Part shown: positions 29,541 through 40,853 of the stretch, in pieces
Position numbering within the stretch: the stretch's first letter is position 1
How the letters are laid out: every line of letters begins with the position of its first letter
Source of the DNA: Methanotrichaceae archaeon
GTDB taxonomy: Archaea > Halobacteriota > Methanosarcinia > Methanotrichales > Methanotrichaceae
Reading direction: 5' to 3'
DNA: 64,000 nucleotides
NCBI GenBank assembly: GCA_963748825.1
Contig: CAVVKN010000010.1
Coordinates: 128,001-192,000, forward strand
Position numbers and translations under genes: made by a program
Notes under the pieces: model-generated
Told to the model about the DNA's origin: nothing
Database searches by the model: none
What the model saw: only the letters and a program-made list of their open reading frames with translations

Positions 29541-30623
29541 TTAAGTTATATTATCTTCAATTATCTTCAGCCCCTCATTATCCACCTTTGTCTCAATGGC
29601 GATCTTGAGCCCCAGAGGCTCGATCAGCTTTGCTACTTCCTCTCGGCTGCGGTCGGTTACGATGGCGATGGAGGGCCCCACCGAGCTCATACCCACGAAT
29701 TCCAGGCCGCTCTCCCGGAGCAGGCTCATGTGCCGGTAGATCTCAAAGCCGTGATGCTCCACCTCGGCCCGCTTCGAGCCGCGAAACTCGATCTCCCAGA
29801 TGATATCTCCCATCTTTTTCAGGTCTTCTCTCTCCAGGGCCGGGATGAGATCCATGAGCAGGAGATAGGCCTTGAGTTCCCGGTCCTGATAATCCAGGTT
29901 GCGAGCCCGGTTCATGAGCAGGTCAAACTCCGCCCTTCCGGCAGAGGATACGACAGTTGGTGGTATGGTGACAAAGACGTTTTTGCCTTCTGCAAAGTTG
30001 TGGCGGTAGGCCAGTGCCAGCTCGTCCCCGGTAATGACCATGCCTCCGTAAGTGGCAGCCGCAGGGCCCACGCCCGTCTCAAAGCCGCTTGTCACTCGCC
30101 CGTCCTCCGTCTCCTCCACATAGTTGTGACCCAAAAGCAGGCGGATCTGACCGGAATTGAGTGGAGAGCCCAAGGCAACGTTCATGGCATGGCCCAGGGC
30201 CAAAAGCACCGATCCGGTCGAGCCCAGGCCGACGTGCTTTCTTTCGTGGTCCTTGATCACAATCTTAAAGCCGCCATCGTAATGCACCGTCTTTTTAAAG
30301 ACCTCTGCAAAATGGCGGATGATGGGCTCACGCGAATAATCGATGTCAAGGCCGGAGGAGGTGCACTCTACCTCGGCGGAGCAGTAGATCTGCAGGGCAA
30401 AGCCCACGCCTCCGCCACCTGGTCGGTTGGGAGCAAAGCGGTTCATGTCCAGCACAGTGAGATGAATGCGCCCCGGAGCCGTTGCCTTAACTTTGCCGGA
30501 GTGGGGCGTGAGTTGGTAGTCTTTTTCAAATCCCAATGTGTGGATGCATTCTCCCGGGTGAAAGGGCTGGAACTCGTATTCCACCAGGTCCAGGTCCCCG
30601 CCTCTAATCTTCATTTTGACCAA
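29541..30623 (-). CDS. GHMP superfamily, beta-RFAP-synthase-like protein
   Basis: PGRIHLTVLD, HVGLGSTG, GMSSVGP. Confidence 0.75.
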   Translation of the reverse strand: MVKMKIRGGDLDLVEYEFQPFHPGECIHTLGFEKDYQLTPHSGKVKATAPGRIHLTVLDMNRFAPNRPGGGGVGFALQIYCSAEVECTSSGLDIDYSREPIIRHFAEVFKKTVHYDGGFKIVIKDHERKHVGLGSTGSVLLALGHAMNVALGSPLNSGQIRLLLGHNYVEETEDGRVTSGFETGVGPAAATYGGMVITGDELALAYRHNFAEGKNVFVTIPPTVVSSAGRAEFDLLMNRARNLDYQDRELKAYLLLMDLIPALEREDLKKMGDIIWEIEFRGSKRAEVEHHGFEIYRHMSLLRESGLEFVGMSSVGPSIAIVTDRSREEVAKLIEPLGLKIAIETKVDNEGLKIIEDNIT

Positions 30624-30638
30624 GACTGCTCACCTACC

Positions 30639-31190
30639 TCAGATCGGTCTATCAAAGTAGATGCTCTTTCCTGAGGCTTTGAGGGGCAATCCATAGGCCA
30701 CACGGCAGCCCTCCAGCCAATTCAGGGAAAGCGCTGCTACTCCTGCGGTGAACATGACGCGGTTGTCGACATTGTGCAGGCTGGCCGTCTTGGCAGCCGA
30801 ACCCAAAGCGATGCCAAGGTCAGCCATCTTGATGACGCAGTTCGGGCCGTGGAAGAATTTTTCCGGCTCTTCCTCCAGGAACTGTTTTTGTGCCTCCAGC
30901 ATCTCTTTGCAGGTGGCATAGCCGCATCCTCCGCAGTCCAGGCCCGCACTGTCGGTTGCCTTGCTGCCTATGAGCAGGCAGGCTTCGCTATTTTCCAGGT
31001 TGCTGGCGTCCCTGAGAAAGAATTTGATGCCCCGCGCTTCTCCTAGACGGCGCAGCTCTCTTGAAAGCACCACCAGCTCTTCGCCGATCACCACTTTGAT
31101 TGATATGGAGTCCTGGCCCCGGCCTTTGGGCGCGGTGCGCGCAGAGAGGGCCATCAGCTCTGCTACCATTTCCACGGCTTTGAAGGTCAT
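30639..31190 (-). CDS. DUF2148 ferredoxin-domain protein
   Basis: ARTAPKGRGQD, DCGGCGYATC, DLGIALGSAAKTA...VDNRVM. Confidence 0.85.
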   Translation of the reverse strand: MTFKAVEMVAELMALSARTAPKGRGQDSISIKVVIGEELVVLSRELRRLGEARGIKFFLRDASNLENSEACLLIGSKATDSAGLDCGGCGYATCKEMLEAQKQFLEEEPEKFFHGPNCVIKMADLGIALGSAAKTASLHNVDNRVMFTAGVAALSLNWLEGCRVAYGLPLKASGKSIYFDRPI

Positions 31191-31301
31191 GAAAATAGGA
31201 TATGCAGATTCGTATTTATAGGATGCTTTTTAGCACTTCATTAAATTGATTTAAATAGATATTATAGATTTATTAAATGAAATATGTAGTAAATCAATCC
31301 A

Positions 31302-31706
31302 TCAATGCCTGTCATCCAGGATGGTGTATTCATCAATGTCAATGACTTGATCCTTTTGCTTCTTGCTGTTTGTGCCCGAATTTTCTTCTCTTCCTCTCAT
31401 CGTGGCCAGCAGGAGAGCAGCGAGGGCTGAGAGTGCCGCCGGCCCGGAAAAGCCGCTTCTTTTTGCAAATCGGAGGAGCGCTAATTCCGCTGCAACCTTG
31501 AAAAGACTCGCAAGAAAATTGGTCCCACTGCTGCCTGGCGCAGTCTTTAACAGGTTGGTAAAAAATGCCATTATTCTTGTTATGGTCGATGGCCGGAGAA
31601 TCCAATTCACCGACTTAATCAGCGAGGCTATGAAGGCATTCCTGACCGCTTTGTTGAGCAAAGCAGCGCCAATAACGGCTTTTATCAACCTTACCAGAAT
31701 TCCCAT
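31302..31706 (-). CDS. Hypothetical membrane-associated protein
   Basis: 134-aa ORF; amphipathic/hydrophobic helices; ends VIDIDEYTILD. Confidence 0.6.
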   Translation of the reverse strand: MGILVRLIKAVIGAALLNKAVRNAFIASLIKSVNWILRPSTITRIMAFFTNLLKTAPGSSGTNFLASLFKVAAELALLRFAKRSGFSGPAALSALAALLLATMRGREENSGTNSKKQKDQVIDIDEYTILDDRH

Positions 31707-31782
31707 CAGGCCTAATTACTGCTCGCACGGATATATTATTATCTGTCGAGGAGTGAGAAAAGGGACCCTTATTCGCCCTGCT

Positions 31783-32031
31783 TTACTCCTCGGTTTGAAA
31801 TATCTCAGGCCAGAGCATTCTCTCTTTGCTTCTCTGTTTTATCATCTCTTCCGCTTCGACAACTGTGATGCCAAAGACCTCTGCCAGAATCTCCTGGGCG
31901 GCATGAAGCTTCAGATCTATCACGTCATCGTCGCTTATTCGCGAGCTTTCGCGAGGCACAATAGGGTTTCTCTTGGTTTTGCCCATGTTGTCGAGGACTT
32001 TTGCCATACAGAAAATACCTTCTTCATACAA
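31783..32031 (-). CDS. Small hypothetical protein
   Basis: Protein-like 74-82 aa ORF (LHAAQEILAEVFGITVVEAEEMI). Confidence 0.55.
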   Translation of the reverse strand: MYEEGIFCMAKVLDNMGKTKRNPIVPRESSRISDDDVIDLKLHAAQEILAEVFGITVVEAEEMIKQRSKERMLWPEIFQTEE

Positions 32032-32529
32032 ATTTAACTCGTTGGATTGCGAAGGACAATGATCGCCGACTTAGGATCAGCGAGATTTTCGACGAGAACT
32101 CGAAATCGCGGCAAGTCCCCGGCCTTCCTGGTAGATTTCGTTAACACGCAGAGTTAATGAGAGTTGCGACCATCGTCACAACGGGTGAATGCAGAGTCAT
32201 TCGTCCTGATTATTTTCGCTCTGCACTCATTTGATATAAATATAATGCCTTCATGCAAGTATTCGTTGATAATTCGCTACATGTACCTGATTAACAAATC
32301 AAACTATGCCATTAGCCAACGAGCAAAGGTAAAAGGGCATGATGTGAGCCACGATATAGTGAGACGCCTTTGAAAGAAGGTGGCTATTTGCTTCAAGTCA
32401 ATCAAAAAACATAAAAATTATTAAACTTTTTTTATATTATATACTTTGGTGAGGTTAAGGATTTAGGCGTTATTCCTGTGCGAATGAGAATTATAATAGT
32501 TACAAAAAAAAGGGAGGGTGATATCCCAC

Positions 32530-34521
32530 TTACAGATCAATGCGTGGGATATTGTCTACGGACTCTGGATTGGCCAGAGCAGACAGGTCTCCGGTCTCCT
32601 TTCCAAGAGCCTTGGCCTTGATGACACGGCGCATGATCTTGCCGGACCGGGTCTTGGGGACATCCTTGACGAAGTAGACCTTGTCGGGGTAAGCGACGGG
32701 GCCCAGTACCTTGCGTACGTGGGTGGAGATCTCTTTCGCGAGCTCTGGAGACTCGGCAACGCCATCCCTGAGAATGACGAAGGCCACGATCTTCTCGCCC
32801 TTGACTTCATCGGGCTGTCCGATGACTGCGGTCTCGGCGACCTTGGGGTGAGAAACGGCGGCGGACTCGACTTCTGCGTTGGAGATTCTGTGTCCAGCTA
32901 CCTTCAGCACATCATCGATTCTGCCCTGGATCCACCAGTAGCCATCCTTGTCGCGGGTGGCCTTGTCTCCAGCCAGGTATGTGCCGGGCTTGGTCTGCCA
33001 GTACATCTCCCAGTATTCCTTCTGGTACCTGACGGTATCTCTGAAGAAGGCCCTGAGCATGGACGGCCAGGGAGTCTTCTGGACGATGTTTCCGCCGTAG
33101 CCGAGTGGCACGGAGTTGGCATCCTCGTCGAAGATATCGGTGTTGAATCCGGGCAATGGGAAGCATACGGAGCCGGGCTTCTCGGGTGTCATGGCCAGAG
33201 GGGCAATGACGTGGCATCCGGTCTCAGTCTGCCACCAGGTATCAATGATTGGTGCCTGGTCTGCGCCGATGTTCTTCCTGTACCACATATAGGCTTCGGG
33301 GTTCAGAGGCTCGCCAACAGATGCCAGAATTCTGATTGAGGAAAGGTCGTACTTCTTCACGAAGGCCTCGCCGGTCTTCATGAACATCCTGATGGCGGTT
33401 GGTGCGGTGTACAAGATAGATACGCCGTACTGCTCAATGATGGACCACCAGCGGCCCAGATCGGGGAAGTCGGGAGATCCCTCGTAAAGGATGCTGGAAG
33501 CGCCGAGGCAGAGCGGGCCGTATACTACGTAGCTGTGGCCGGTGATCCAGCCGCAGTCTGCGGTGCACCAGAAGACATCGTGATCATGTATATCCAGTAC
33601 CCAGGCAGAAGTCTGAGCCGGAGCTACGGCATATCCACCGTGGACGTGCTCAATACCCTTGGGCTTGCCGGTTGTGCCGGATGTGTACAGAATGAACAGC
33701 CTATCCTCTGGGTCAAGCTGAGCGGTCTCGCACACTGCGGACTGGCCAGCTACGAAATCATTGTAGAAGACATCGCGTCCCTCGGTCATGGGAACGGTAA
33801 CGCCTGTTCTCTTGACGACTACTACCTTCTTGACGGAGGGGGCAGTCTTCATGGCCTCATCTACATTGGGCTTGAGGGGCAGTGGCTTGCCGCGCCTGTA
33901 GAAGCCATCGGCGGTGACGACAACCTTGGCCTCAGCATCGTTGACCCTGCTTGCCAGGCCACCGGAGGAGAATCCGGAGAAGACGATGGTGTGAATGGCT
34001 CCGATCTTGGCGCATGCCAGCATGGTGATGGGCAGTTCAGGGATCATAGGCAGGTATGCGACTACTCTGTCTCCCTTCACTACGCCAACGCTCTTGAGGG
34101 CATTGGCCATCTTGTTGACCTCTCTGTACAGCTCGTAGTAGGTGATGGTCCTGGTGTCGCCCACGGGCTCGCCGATGAAGTAGTAGGCTACCTTGTTCCG
34201 GTTTGCGGACTTGGCATGCCTGTCTACTGCGTTGTAGACTACATTGATCTTGCCGCCGGTGAACCACTTGTAGTAAGGCTTGCCGGAGTCGTCAAGAACC
34301 TGGGTGTAGGGCGTATACCAATCAGCGTAGGTCTTAGCCATCTCATCCCAAAACTCAATGTAATTATCGGAGCACCACTTGCGCATCTCGGTCTCAGTCT
34401 TGAAGCCCTTCTTCTTCATCCACTGATACGCATTGGATTGCTCAATTATCGCCTGTGGGGTGTTGAAAATCCTGGTTTCTTCTTGCAGCGAAGCCGTTTT
34501 TGCTGTGTCAGCCAATTTCAT
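32530..34521 (-). CDS. acs: Acetate--CoA ligase (AMP-forming)
   Basis: [37 protein letters not shown]. Confidence 0.98.
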   Translation of the reverse strand: MKLADTAKTASLQEETRIFNTPQAIIEQSNAYQWMKKKGFKTETEMRKWCSDNYIEFWDEMAKTYADWYTPYTQVLDDSGKPYYKWFTGGKINVVYNAVDRHAKSANRNKVAYYFIGEPVGDTRTITYYELYREVNKMANALKSVGVVKGDRVVAYLPMIPELPITMLACAKIGAIHTIVFSGFSSGGLASRVNDAEAKVVVTADGFYRRGKPLPLKPNVDEAMKTAPSVKKVVVVKRTGVTVPMTEGRDVFYNDFVAGQSAVCETAQLDPEDRLFILYTSGTTGKPKGIEHVHGGYAVAPAQTSAWVLDIHDHDVFWCTADCGWITGHSYVVYGPLCLGASSILYEGSPDFPDLGRWWSIIEQYGVSILYTAPTAIRMFMKTGEAFVKKYDLSSIRILASVGEPLNPEAYMWYRKNIGADQAPIIDTWWQTETGCHVIAPLAMTPEKPGSVCFPLPGFNTDIFDEDANSVPLGYGGNIVQKTPWPSMLRAFFRDTVRYQKEYWEMYWQTKPGTYLAGDKATRDKDGYWWIQGRIDDVLKVAGHRISNAEVESAAVSHPKVAETAVIGQPDEVKGEKIVAFVILRDGVAESPELAKEISTHVRKVLGPVAYPDKVYFVKDVPKTRSGKIMRRVIKAKALGKETGDLSALANPESVDNIPRIDL

Positions 34522-34670
34522 ACCTCCTTAAGATCAAGTGTTTCCCCAATCTGTTGTGTCCGGGCCTATTTGTGTAGAATCATTGCTTGTACCTCTCTTT
34601 TGCCTTTGCCCGGACAACCACTCGACAAAGCGCGGAATGGTTTTGGGAAACATCGGCTCAAAACCTACTT

Positions 34671-34725
34671 GATCATTTATAAAGTTATCGCGATAAAAAT
34701 CATAATGATCTTTCATCATAATGAT
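34671..34725 (-). promoter_or_regulatory. TATA-box promoter of acs with two upstream ATCAT-N-ATGAT palindromes
   Basis: Minus strand CGATAACTTTATAAATGA, nearly identical to the site at ~37072-37089; ATCATAATGAT at 34699-34709 and 34715-34725. Confidence 0.55.
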
Positions 34726-34902
34726 TTTTCACTAAAGATATCAATTAGAGCAAATAATTAAATATGTTGTAACTGCCGACCCATTTTTCATTATCTTTTG
34801 TGATTAACAATGATTTAGAAATCTTTGCAACAAGAATTATGGCGATAAATTCCAGAATGAAACAGGACGCGAGAAATAAAAAAGAAAAAAGGTTTGTTCC
34901 GC

Positions 34903-36888
34903 TCACTTGATGAGCGGAATGGCCTCTACTGCATCGGGGTTAGCCAGAGCGGAAATATCTCCGGTGGGGTTGCCCAGTGCCTTGGCCTTGATGACGCGGC
35001 GCATGATCTTGCCGGACCTGGTCTTGGGCACATCGTTTACGAAGTAAATCGCCTCTGGGCTGGCTACTGGTCCCAGAGCGGACCTCACATGCTTAACCAG
35101 TTCCTTCTTCAGCTCATCGCTCTCCACGTTTCCTGTTCGGAGGGTGACGAAAGCCACGATGACCTCGCCCTTGACTTCGTCGGGCTTGCCGATGACGGCT
35201 GCCTCGGCGACCTTGGGATGAGATACCAGTGCGGACTCAACCTCAGCGTTGGAGAGCCTGTGTCCTGCAACCTTCAGCACATCGTCGATCCTGCCCTGGA
35301 TGGTGATATATCCATCCTTGTCCTTGGTGGCCTTGTCGCCGGCCAGGTATGTGCCGGGCCTGATCTGCCAGTACATATCCCAGTATTCTTTCTGGTAGCG
35401 GACGGTGTCTTTGTAGAAGGCACGGAGCATGGACGGCCAGGGTGTGTTGCTGACGATGTTGCCTCCGGAGCCTGCCGGCACGGGATTGGCATCCTCATCC
35501 AAGATATCGATGTTGAATCCGGGCAATGGGAATGTCGGGGATCCGGGCTTGAGCGGGGTGATGGGCAGAGGGGATATCAAGAAGCATCCTGTCTCAGTTT
35601 GCCACCAGGTGTCCATGATCTGCAGCTTGCCGCCGCCGAAGTTGTTTCTGTACCAGATCCAGGCCTCAGGATTGATGGGCTCGCCAACTGATCCAAGCAG
35701 CCTCAGGCATGAGATGTCGTACATCTTGGGCCACTGATCTCCAGCCTTCATGAACATCCTCACGGCTGTAGGTGCGGTGTAGAGTATAGACACCTTGTTC
35801 TCACTGATGATCTTGAACCACCTGCTGAAGTCGGGATAGTCAGGAGAACCCTCATAGATCATGCTGGTAGCACCGAGGCAGAGTGGTCCATAAACCACGT
35901 AGCTGTGGCCGGTGATCCATCCTACGTCTGCTGTGCACCACCAGACGTCTGTGTCTTTGATGTCGAAGACCCAGGAAAGTGTCTGAGCGGGAGTTACGCA
36001 GTAGCCGCCATGGACGTGCTCGATACCCTTGGGCTTGCCGGTAGTGCCGGAGGTGTATAGGATAAACAGCCGATCTTCGCCGTCCATCTTCTCGCTCTCG
36101 CACACATCAGACTGCTTGGCAACCAGTTCGTGGTACCAGACATCTTTGCCCTCTTTCATTGGCACTTCTATGCCCGCCCTCTTCACCACAACTACGTTCT
36201 TGACGCTTGGGGTGTTGGAGGTAGCCTCATCCACATTAGGCTTGAGGGGCAGCGGCTTGCCGCGCCTGAAGAAACCGTCCGTGGTAATTACTACCTTGGA
36301 CTCGGCATCGAGAACTCTGCTGTTCAGGCCGCCGGAGGAGAATCCAGAGAATACCACGCTGTGTATGGCGCCAATCTTTGCGCAGGCCAGCATGGCAATG
36401 GGTGTCTCGGGGATCATGGGCATATATATGCTAACTCTATCGCCCTTGACAACTCCCAGGCTCTTGAGGCCGTTTGCAAACTTGTTGACCCTCTTAGCCA
36501 GATCTGCATAGGTGATCTTCTGGGTAGGCTGATCGACGGGCTCGGGGACAAATATGTAGGCTACTTTATCTTTTTTAGCGCCTGCAGCATGCCTGTCCAC
36601 AGCGTTGTAGGCCACATTAATCTTACCGCCCACGAACCACTTGGCATAGGGTGGCACCCAATTGAGAACCTGGGCATAGGGCTCAAACCAATCGGCATAG
36701 GTCTTGGCCATCTCATCCCAGAACTGCAAGTAATTCTGTCCGGTCCAGGCGCGCATCTCACGCTCGGTCTTGAATCCCTTCTTCTTCATCCACGCCATGA
36801 CATTGGAATTCTCAACGAGCTCCTTGGACGGCTCGAATACTCTCGTCTCCTCATAAAGAACAGACGTTGTTGCTTTTTGCTCAGCCAA
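34903..36888 (-). CDS. acs: Acetate--CoA ligase (AMP-forming)
   Basis: Same ACS motifs; TTG start with GGAGG RBS. Confidence 0.98.
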   Translation of the reverse strand: MAEQKATTSVLYEETRVFEPSKELVENSNVMAWMKKKGFKTEREMRAWTGQNYLQFWDEMAKTYADWFEPYAQVLNWVPPYAKWFVGGKINVAYNAVDRHAAGAKKDKVAYIFVPEPVDQPTQKITYADLAKRVNKFANGLKSLGVVKGDRVSIYMPMIPETPIAMLACAKIGAIHSVVFSGFSSGGLNSRVLDAESKVVITTDGFFRRGKPLPLKPNVDEATSNTPSVKNVVVVKRAGIEVPMKEGKDVWYHELVAKQSDVCESEKMDGEDRLFILYTSGTTGKPKGIEHVHGGYCVTPAQTLSWVFDIKDTDVWWCTADVGWITGHSYVVYGPLCLGATSMIYEGSPDYPDFSRWFKIISENKVSILYTAPTAVRMFMKAGDQWPKMYDISCLRLLGSVGEPINPEAWIWYRNNFGGGKLQIMDTWWQTETGCFLISPLPITPLKPGSPTFPLPGFNIDILDEDANPVPAGSGGNIVSNTPWPSMLRAFYKDTVRYQKEYWDMYWQIRPGTYLAGDKATKDKDGYITIQGRIDDVLKVAGHRLSNAEVESALVSHPKVAEAAVIGKPDEVKGEVIVAFVTLRTGNVESDELKKELVKHVRSALGPVASPEAIYFVNDVPKTRSGKIMRRVIKAKALGNPTGDISALANPDAVEAIPLIK

Positions 36889-37071
36889 TTTTGTAACCTC
36901 CTTTTTGAATCCCTACGTGTTTCCAGACACCCTCTAAATCTGCCTGAATGCCTGCTCATATCCTCAGGACAGCCTTCCAGCACAATCTTTCCCAAATCAT
37001 CTAAGACCGAAAGGCTCCGCGCACAGCAGGCTCCTGGGAACACTATAGTGATCGATAATTATACTGGTTTT

Positions 37072-37164
37072 TCATTTATAAAGTTGTCGAGGTAACTTTA
37101 ATTAATGTTCGATTATTATCATTATTAATCTTCTTATTAGCAAAATTCCGAAATTATTTCGGAA
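37072..37164 (-). promoter_or_regulatory. TATA-box promoter of acs with an upstream 19-bp palindrome
   Basis: Minus strand CGACAACTTTATAAATGA; TTCCGAAAT-T-ATTTCGGAA at 37146-37164. Confidence 0.55.
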
Positions 37165-37260
37165 ACTTTGAGTGAATGGGACGCGCAAAATTATTATCGC
37201 ATTTCAGGCAAAGACTGAAGAAAAAAGCAATAAGAAAAAAGAAAAAAAGAAGGTTCCCGC

Positions 37261-39252
37261 TCACGTGATGAGGGGGATGGCCTCTACTGCTTCGGGGTTA
37301 GCCAGGGCGGAGACGTCACCCGTGGGTTGGCCCATTGCTTTGGCCTTGATGACGCGGCGCATAATCTTGCCGGACCGGGTTTTGGGAACGTCCTTGACGA
37401 AGTAAATCGCCTCTGGACTGGCTAATGGTCCAAGGGCCGATCTCACATGCTTAACCAGCTCCTTCTTCAGCTCATCGGTCCCCTCGACCCCTCCTCTGAG
37501 GGAAACGAAGGCCACGATGACCTCGCCCTTGACCTGGTCGGGCTTGCCGATGACAGCAGCCTCGCCAACCTTGGGATGAGAGACGAAAGCGGACTCGACC
37601 TCAGCATTGGAGATTCTGTGGCCAGCTACCTTCAGCACATCATCGATTCTTCCCTGGATGGTGAAGTATCCGTCCTTGTCCTTGGTGGCCTTATCGCCAG
37701 CCAGGTATGTGCCGGGCCTGATCTCCCAGTAGGTGGACCAATACTCCTTCTGGTACCTAACCGTGTCTTTGTAGAAGGCCCTGAGCATGGATGGCCAGGG
37801 TGTATTGCTCACTATATTGCCGCCGGAGCCGGCTGGCACGGGGTTGGCATCCTCGTCCAGGATATCGATGTTGAATCCGGGCAGCGGGAAGGTCGCAGAG
37901 CCTGGCTTCAGGGGGGTAATGGGCAGAGGAGACACCAGGAATGTGCCTGTCTCAGTCTGCCACCAGGTATCCATGATCTGACATTTGCCGGCACCGAAGT
38001 GCTCTCTGTACCACATCCAAGCCTCGGGGTTAATGGGCTCGCCTACAGATCCCAGCAGCCTTATGCTGGAGATATCATAATCCTTGGCCCATTTCTCGCC
38101 GGCCTTCATGAACATCCTGATGGCCGTAGGTGCGGTGTAGAAGACGGAGACCTTGTTGTCCTGGATGATCTTGAAGAACCGACCAAAGTCCGGGAAGTCA
38201 GGAGCGCCCTCATACATCATGCTTGTTGCACCGAGGCAGAGAGGTCCATAAACTATGTAGGAGTGGCCTGTGATCCATCCGATATCGGCTGTGCACCACC
38301 AGACATCGCTATCCTTAATGTCGAAGACCCAATGCAAAGTCTGAGCCGGTCCCACGCAGTATCCGCCGTGAACGTGCTCGATACCCTTGGGTTTGCCGGT
38401 TGTGCCGGAGGTGTAAAGGATGAACAGCCGATCCTCAGAGTCCATCTTCTCGCACTCGCATTCTTCGGACTTTCCGGCCACCAGGTCGTGCCAGTAGATG
38501 TCTCTGCCCGCCTTCATGGGCACTTCAAGTCCTGTCCTCTTGACCACTATTACATTTTTCACCGTTGGGGTATTGGCTGTGGCCTCGTCCACATTAGGCT
38601 TGAGGGGAATGGGCTTTCCACGCCGGTATAAACCATCGGTGGTTATCACAGCTTTGGCCTCGGCATCCATGATTCTGCTGTTAAGGCCGCCCGAAGAAAA
38701 TCCGGAGAAAACGATGCAGTGAATGGCTCCGATCTTGGCGATGGCGAGCATGGCAATGGGCAGTTGGGGGATCATGGGCATGTACAACATGACTCTGTCT
38801 CCCTTCTGCACGCCCAGGCTCTTCAGGCCGTTGGCGAACTTGTTGACCTCTTTGTAGAGCTCTCCATAGGTGATCTTTTGGGTGGGCTGGTCAACGGGCT
38901 CAGGCACGAATATGTAAGCTACCTTGTCCTTTTTCGCGCCCAAGGCATGCCTGTCCACAGAGTTGTAGGCCACGTTGCACTTGCCGCCCACGAACCACTT
39001 GGCATAGGGCGGTATCCATTCCAGTGTCGAGGACCAGGGCTCAAACCAATCGGCATAGGTCTTGGCCATCTCGCCCCAGAACTGAATATAGTTAGCAGAG
39101 CACCAGAGGCGCAGCTCCCTCTCTGTCTTGAACCCCTTCTCCTTCATCCATTTCATGACGTTGGAGTTATCTACGAGTTCCTTGCTCGGCTCGAATAATC
39201 TGGTCTCCTCATATAGCACTGATGTTTTTGCGGTTGCTTTTTGCTCAGCCAT
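37261..39252 (-). CDS. acs: Acetate--CoA ligase (AMP-forming)
   Basis: Same ACS motifs; GGAGG RBS; T-rich terminator tract downstream on the minus strand. Confidence 0.98.
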   Translation of the reverse strand: MAEQKATAKTSVLYEETRLFEPSKELVDNSNVMKWMKEKGFKTERELRLWCSANYIQFWGEMAKTYADWFEPWSSTLEWIPPYAKWFVGGKCNVAYNSVDRHALGAKKDKVAYIFVPEPVDQPTQKITYGELYKEVNKFANGLKSLGVQKGDRVMLYMPMIPQLPIAMLAIAKIGAIHCIVFSGFSSGGLNSRIMDAEAKAVITTDGLYRRGKPIPLKPNVDEATANTPTVKNVIVVKRTGLEVPMKAGRDIYWHDLVAGKSEECECEKMDSEDRLFILYTSGTTGKPKGIEHVHGGYCVGPAQTLHWVFDIKDSDVWWCTADIGWITGHSYIVYGPLCLGATSMMYEGAPDFPDFGRFFKIIQDNKVSVFYTAPTAIRMFMKAGEKWAKDYDISSIRLLGSVGEPINPEAWMWYREHFGAGKCQIMDTWWQTETGTFLVSPLPITPLKPGSATFPLPGFNIDILDEDANPVPAGSGGNIVSNTPWPSMLRAFYKDTVRYQKEYWSTYWEIRPGTYLAGDKATKDKDGYFTIQGRIDDVLKVAGHRISNAEVESAFVSHPKVGEAAVIGKPDQVKGEVIVAFVSLRGGVEGTDELKKELVKHVRSALGPLASPEAIYFVKDVPKTRSGKIMRRVIKAKAMGQPTGDVSALANPEAVEAIPLIT

Positions 39253-39587
39253 TTTGAACCTCCTTCATCAATTTATGTCTCTAAAACCCACTCAATCTGC
39301 TTTCTGTAAGCAAGTTTGCAAATAAACAAGCAAATATTGGGCTCCCTCTATATTTGGAGGGGGTCTTAGATGCATTATCAGGATTGATTATTTTCATGAT
39401 TAATAAGCTTAATGGTGTACCAAGAAGATCGTCTTAAAAAGCCGAACTGGATACTCTGCTACAGGAGACTGTTTGTTCCGGCAGGCCATTTACCGTCATC
39501 GAATAGCTTTTTATGAGTTACCTATTTATATTTTTAAAATTTAATAAAAATATTTAAATCATAAGAGACTCTTCGCGATTTAGCTAA

Positions 39588-40853
39588 TCACACCTGACCG
39601 GATACATAGAAGGGATTGCTGTCCGTCACTACAACCCGGACGATAGAGCCGGGCCTGGGGCGGCCTTTAACCACTATGCCCAGATAATTCTCTGCCCTGG
39701 CCTTCATGGTGCCATCCCGCCCTAGCTCTGTGACCCTGGCCTCCAAGACCTCGCCCTCGTATCTTTGATTTCTTTCTGCGGCGATCTTCAGCCACAGACG
39801 GGTCATCTCTCTTGATCTGTCCTTCTTGATGCGGTCCGGCATATCGTAGAGCCTGGCCGCCGGCGTGCCCGGTCGCGCCGAAAATCTGGTGATATTGACC
39901 TTATCCGGTTGCAAGCGCTTTATGAGGTTCATGGTCTCTATGAAGTCCCCATCGGTCTCGCCCGGAAAACCCACTATGACATCCGTGATTATAGTGATCT
40001 TTGGATGAGCCGATCGGAAGACGCTCACAAGCTCGAGAAAGTCCGCCGCCGAGTATCTGCGTCCCATGCTTCTCAGAATCCCCTCTGAGCCTGATTGGAC
40101 CGGGATATGCAAGAAGCGGTATATTTTTGGGCTCCGGTACGCCCTTATTAGCTGATCTTTGATTAGAAGGGCACTATTGGGATTCATCATGCCCACGCGC
40201 AGCATGAAATCTCCCGGAACCTCAACCAACCTCTCCAGCAATTGCCCCAGATTTGTCCCGATATCCGATCCATAAGCTGCCGTGTCCTGGGCAGAGATCT
40301 GCACCTCTGCTGCTCCCAAAGCCGCCAGCTTTTCCACTTCGGTTACCACATCTTTCGCCCTGCAGCTCTTCAGCCTGCCCCTAGCCTTTGCAACTATGCA
40401 GTAGCTGCAGGAACCGTTGCACCCTTCTGCTACATTGACAATACCGCAGAGATCGTCCAAGGGGAATTGTCCATGGGGCAAGGCATTACGGGAAGAGCTA
40501 TGCAGCAACTCATCCTGATATGTGATGAAAGATTCAGTAAAGAGATCCGAGATCCTGGCGGCCTCGCACCGATTCAGCAGTCCCAGTCGCTCCCGGCAGC
40601 TTATGCCGCCAATCGATTCCGGTATTGCGACGGGCAGGCATCCAGCCACTATCAGTCGCTCGCCTTGCAGCAGGCTCAGCCTTCGCAGAACCTTTCGCTC
40701 CGTCTTTTCCGTGACCGCACAGGTATTCACGATTACTGCATCTGCCTCCTGCAGAGAAGAAGGAATATGGCCCATCTCCTGCAACGCCCGGGCCAGATCC
40801 TGCGAGTTTCCCAGGTTAGCGGTGCAGCCGTAAGTCTCGATATAAAATTTCAT
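39588..40853 (-). CDS. MiaB-like tRNA methylthiotransferase (ms2t6A, e-MtaB type)
   Basis: ETYGCTAN, NTCAV, radical-SAM CNGSCSYC, RVGMMNP, TRAM-like tail. Confidence 0.9.
   Translation of the reverse strand: MKFYIETYGCTANLGNSQDLARALQEMGHIPSSLQEADAVIVNTCAVTEKTERKVLRRLSLLQGERLIVAGCLPVAIPESIGGISCRERLGLLNRCEAARISDLFTESFITYQDELLHSSSRNALPHGQFPLDDLCGIVNVAEGCNGSCSYCIVAKARGRLKSCRAKDVVTEVEKLAALGAAEVQISAQDTAAYGSDIGTNLGQLLERLVEVPGDFMLRVGMMNPNSALLIKDQLIRAYRSPKIYRFLHIPVQSGSEGILRSMGRRYSAADFLELVSVFRSAHPKITIITDVIVGFPGETDGDFIETMNLIKRLQPDKVNITRFSARPGTPAARLYDMPDRIKKDRSREMTRLWLKIAAERNQRYEGEVLEARVTELGRDGTMKARAENYLGIVVKGRPRPGSIVRVVVTDSNPFYVSGQV

Noticed and set aside
31363-32037. 224-aa plus-strand ORF
   Set aside because: Overlaps two more protein-like minus-strand ORFs; no motifs
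32518-39198. Long plus-strand ORFs (273-408 aa) opposite the acs genes
   Set aside because: Antisense shadows of strongly codon-biased genes; no motifs, and they recur opposite each paralogue
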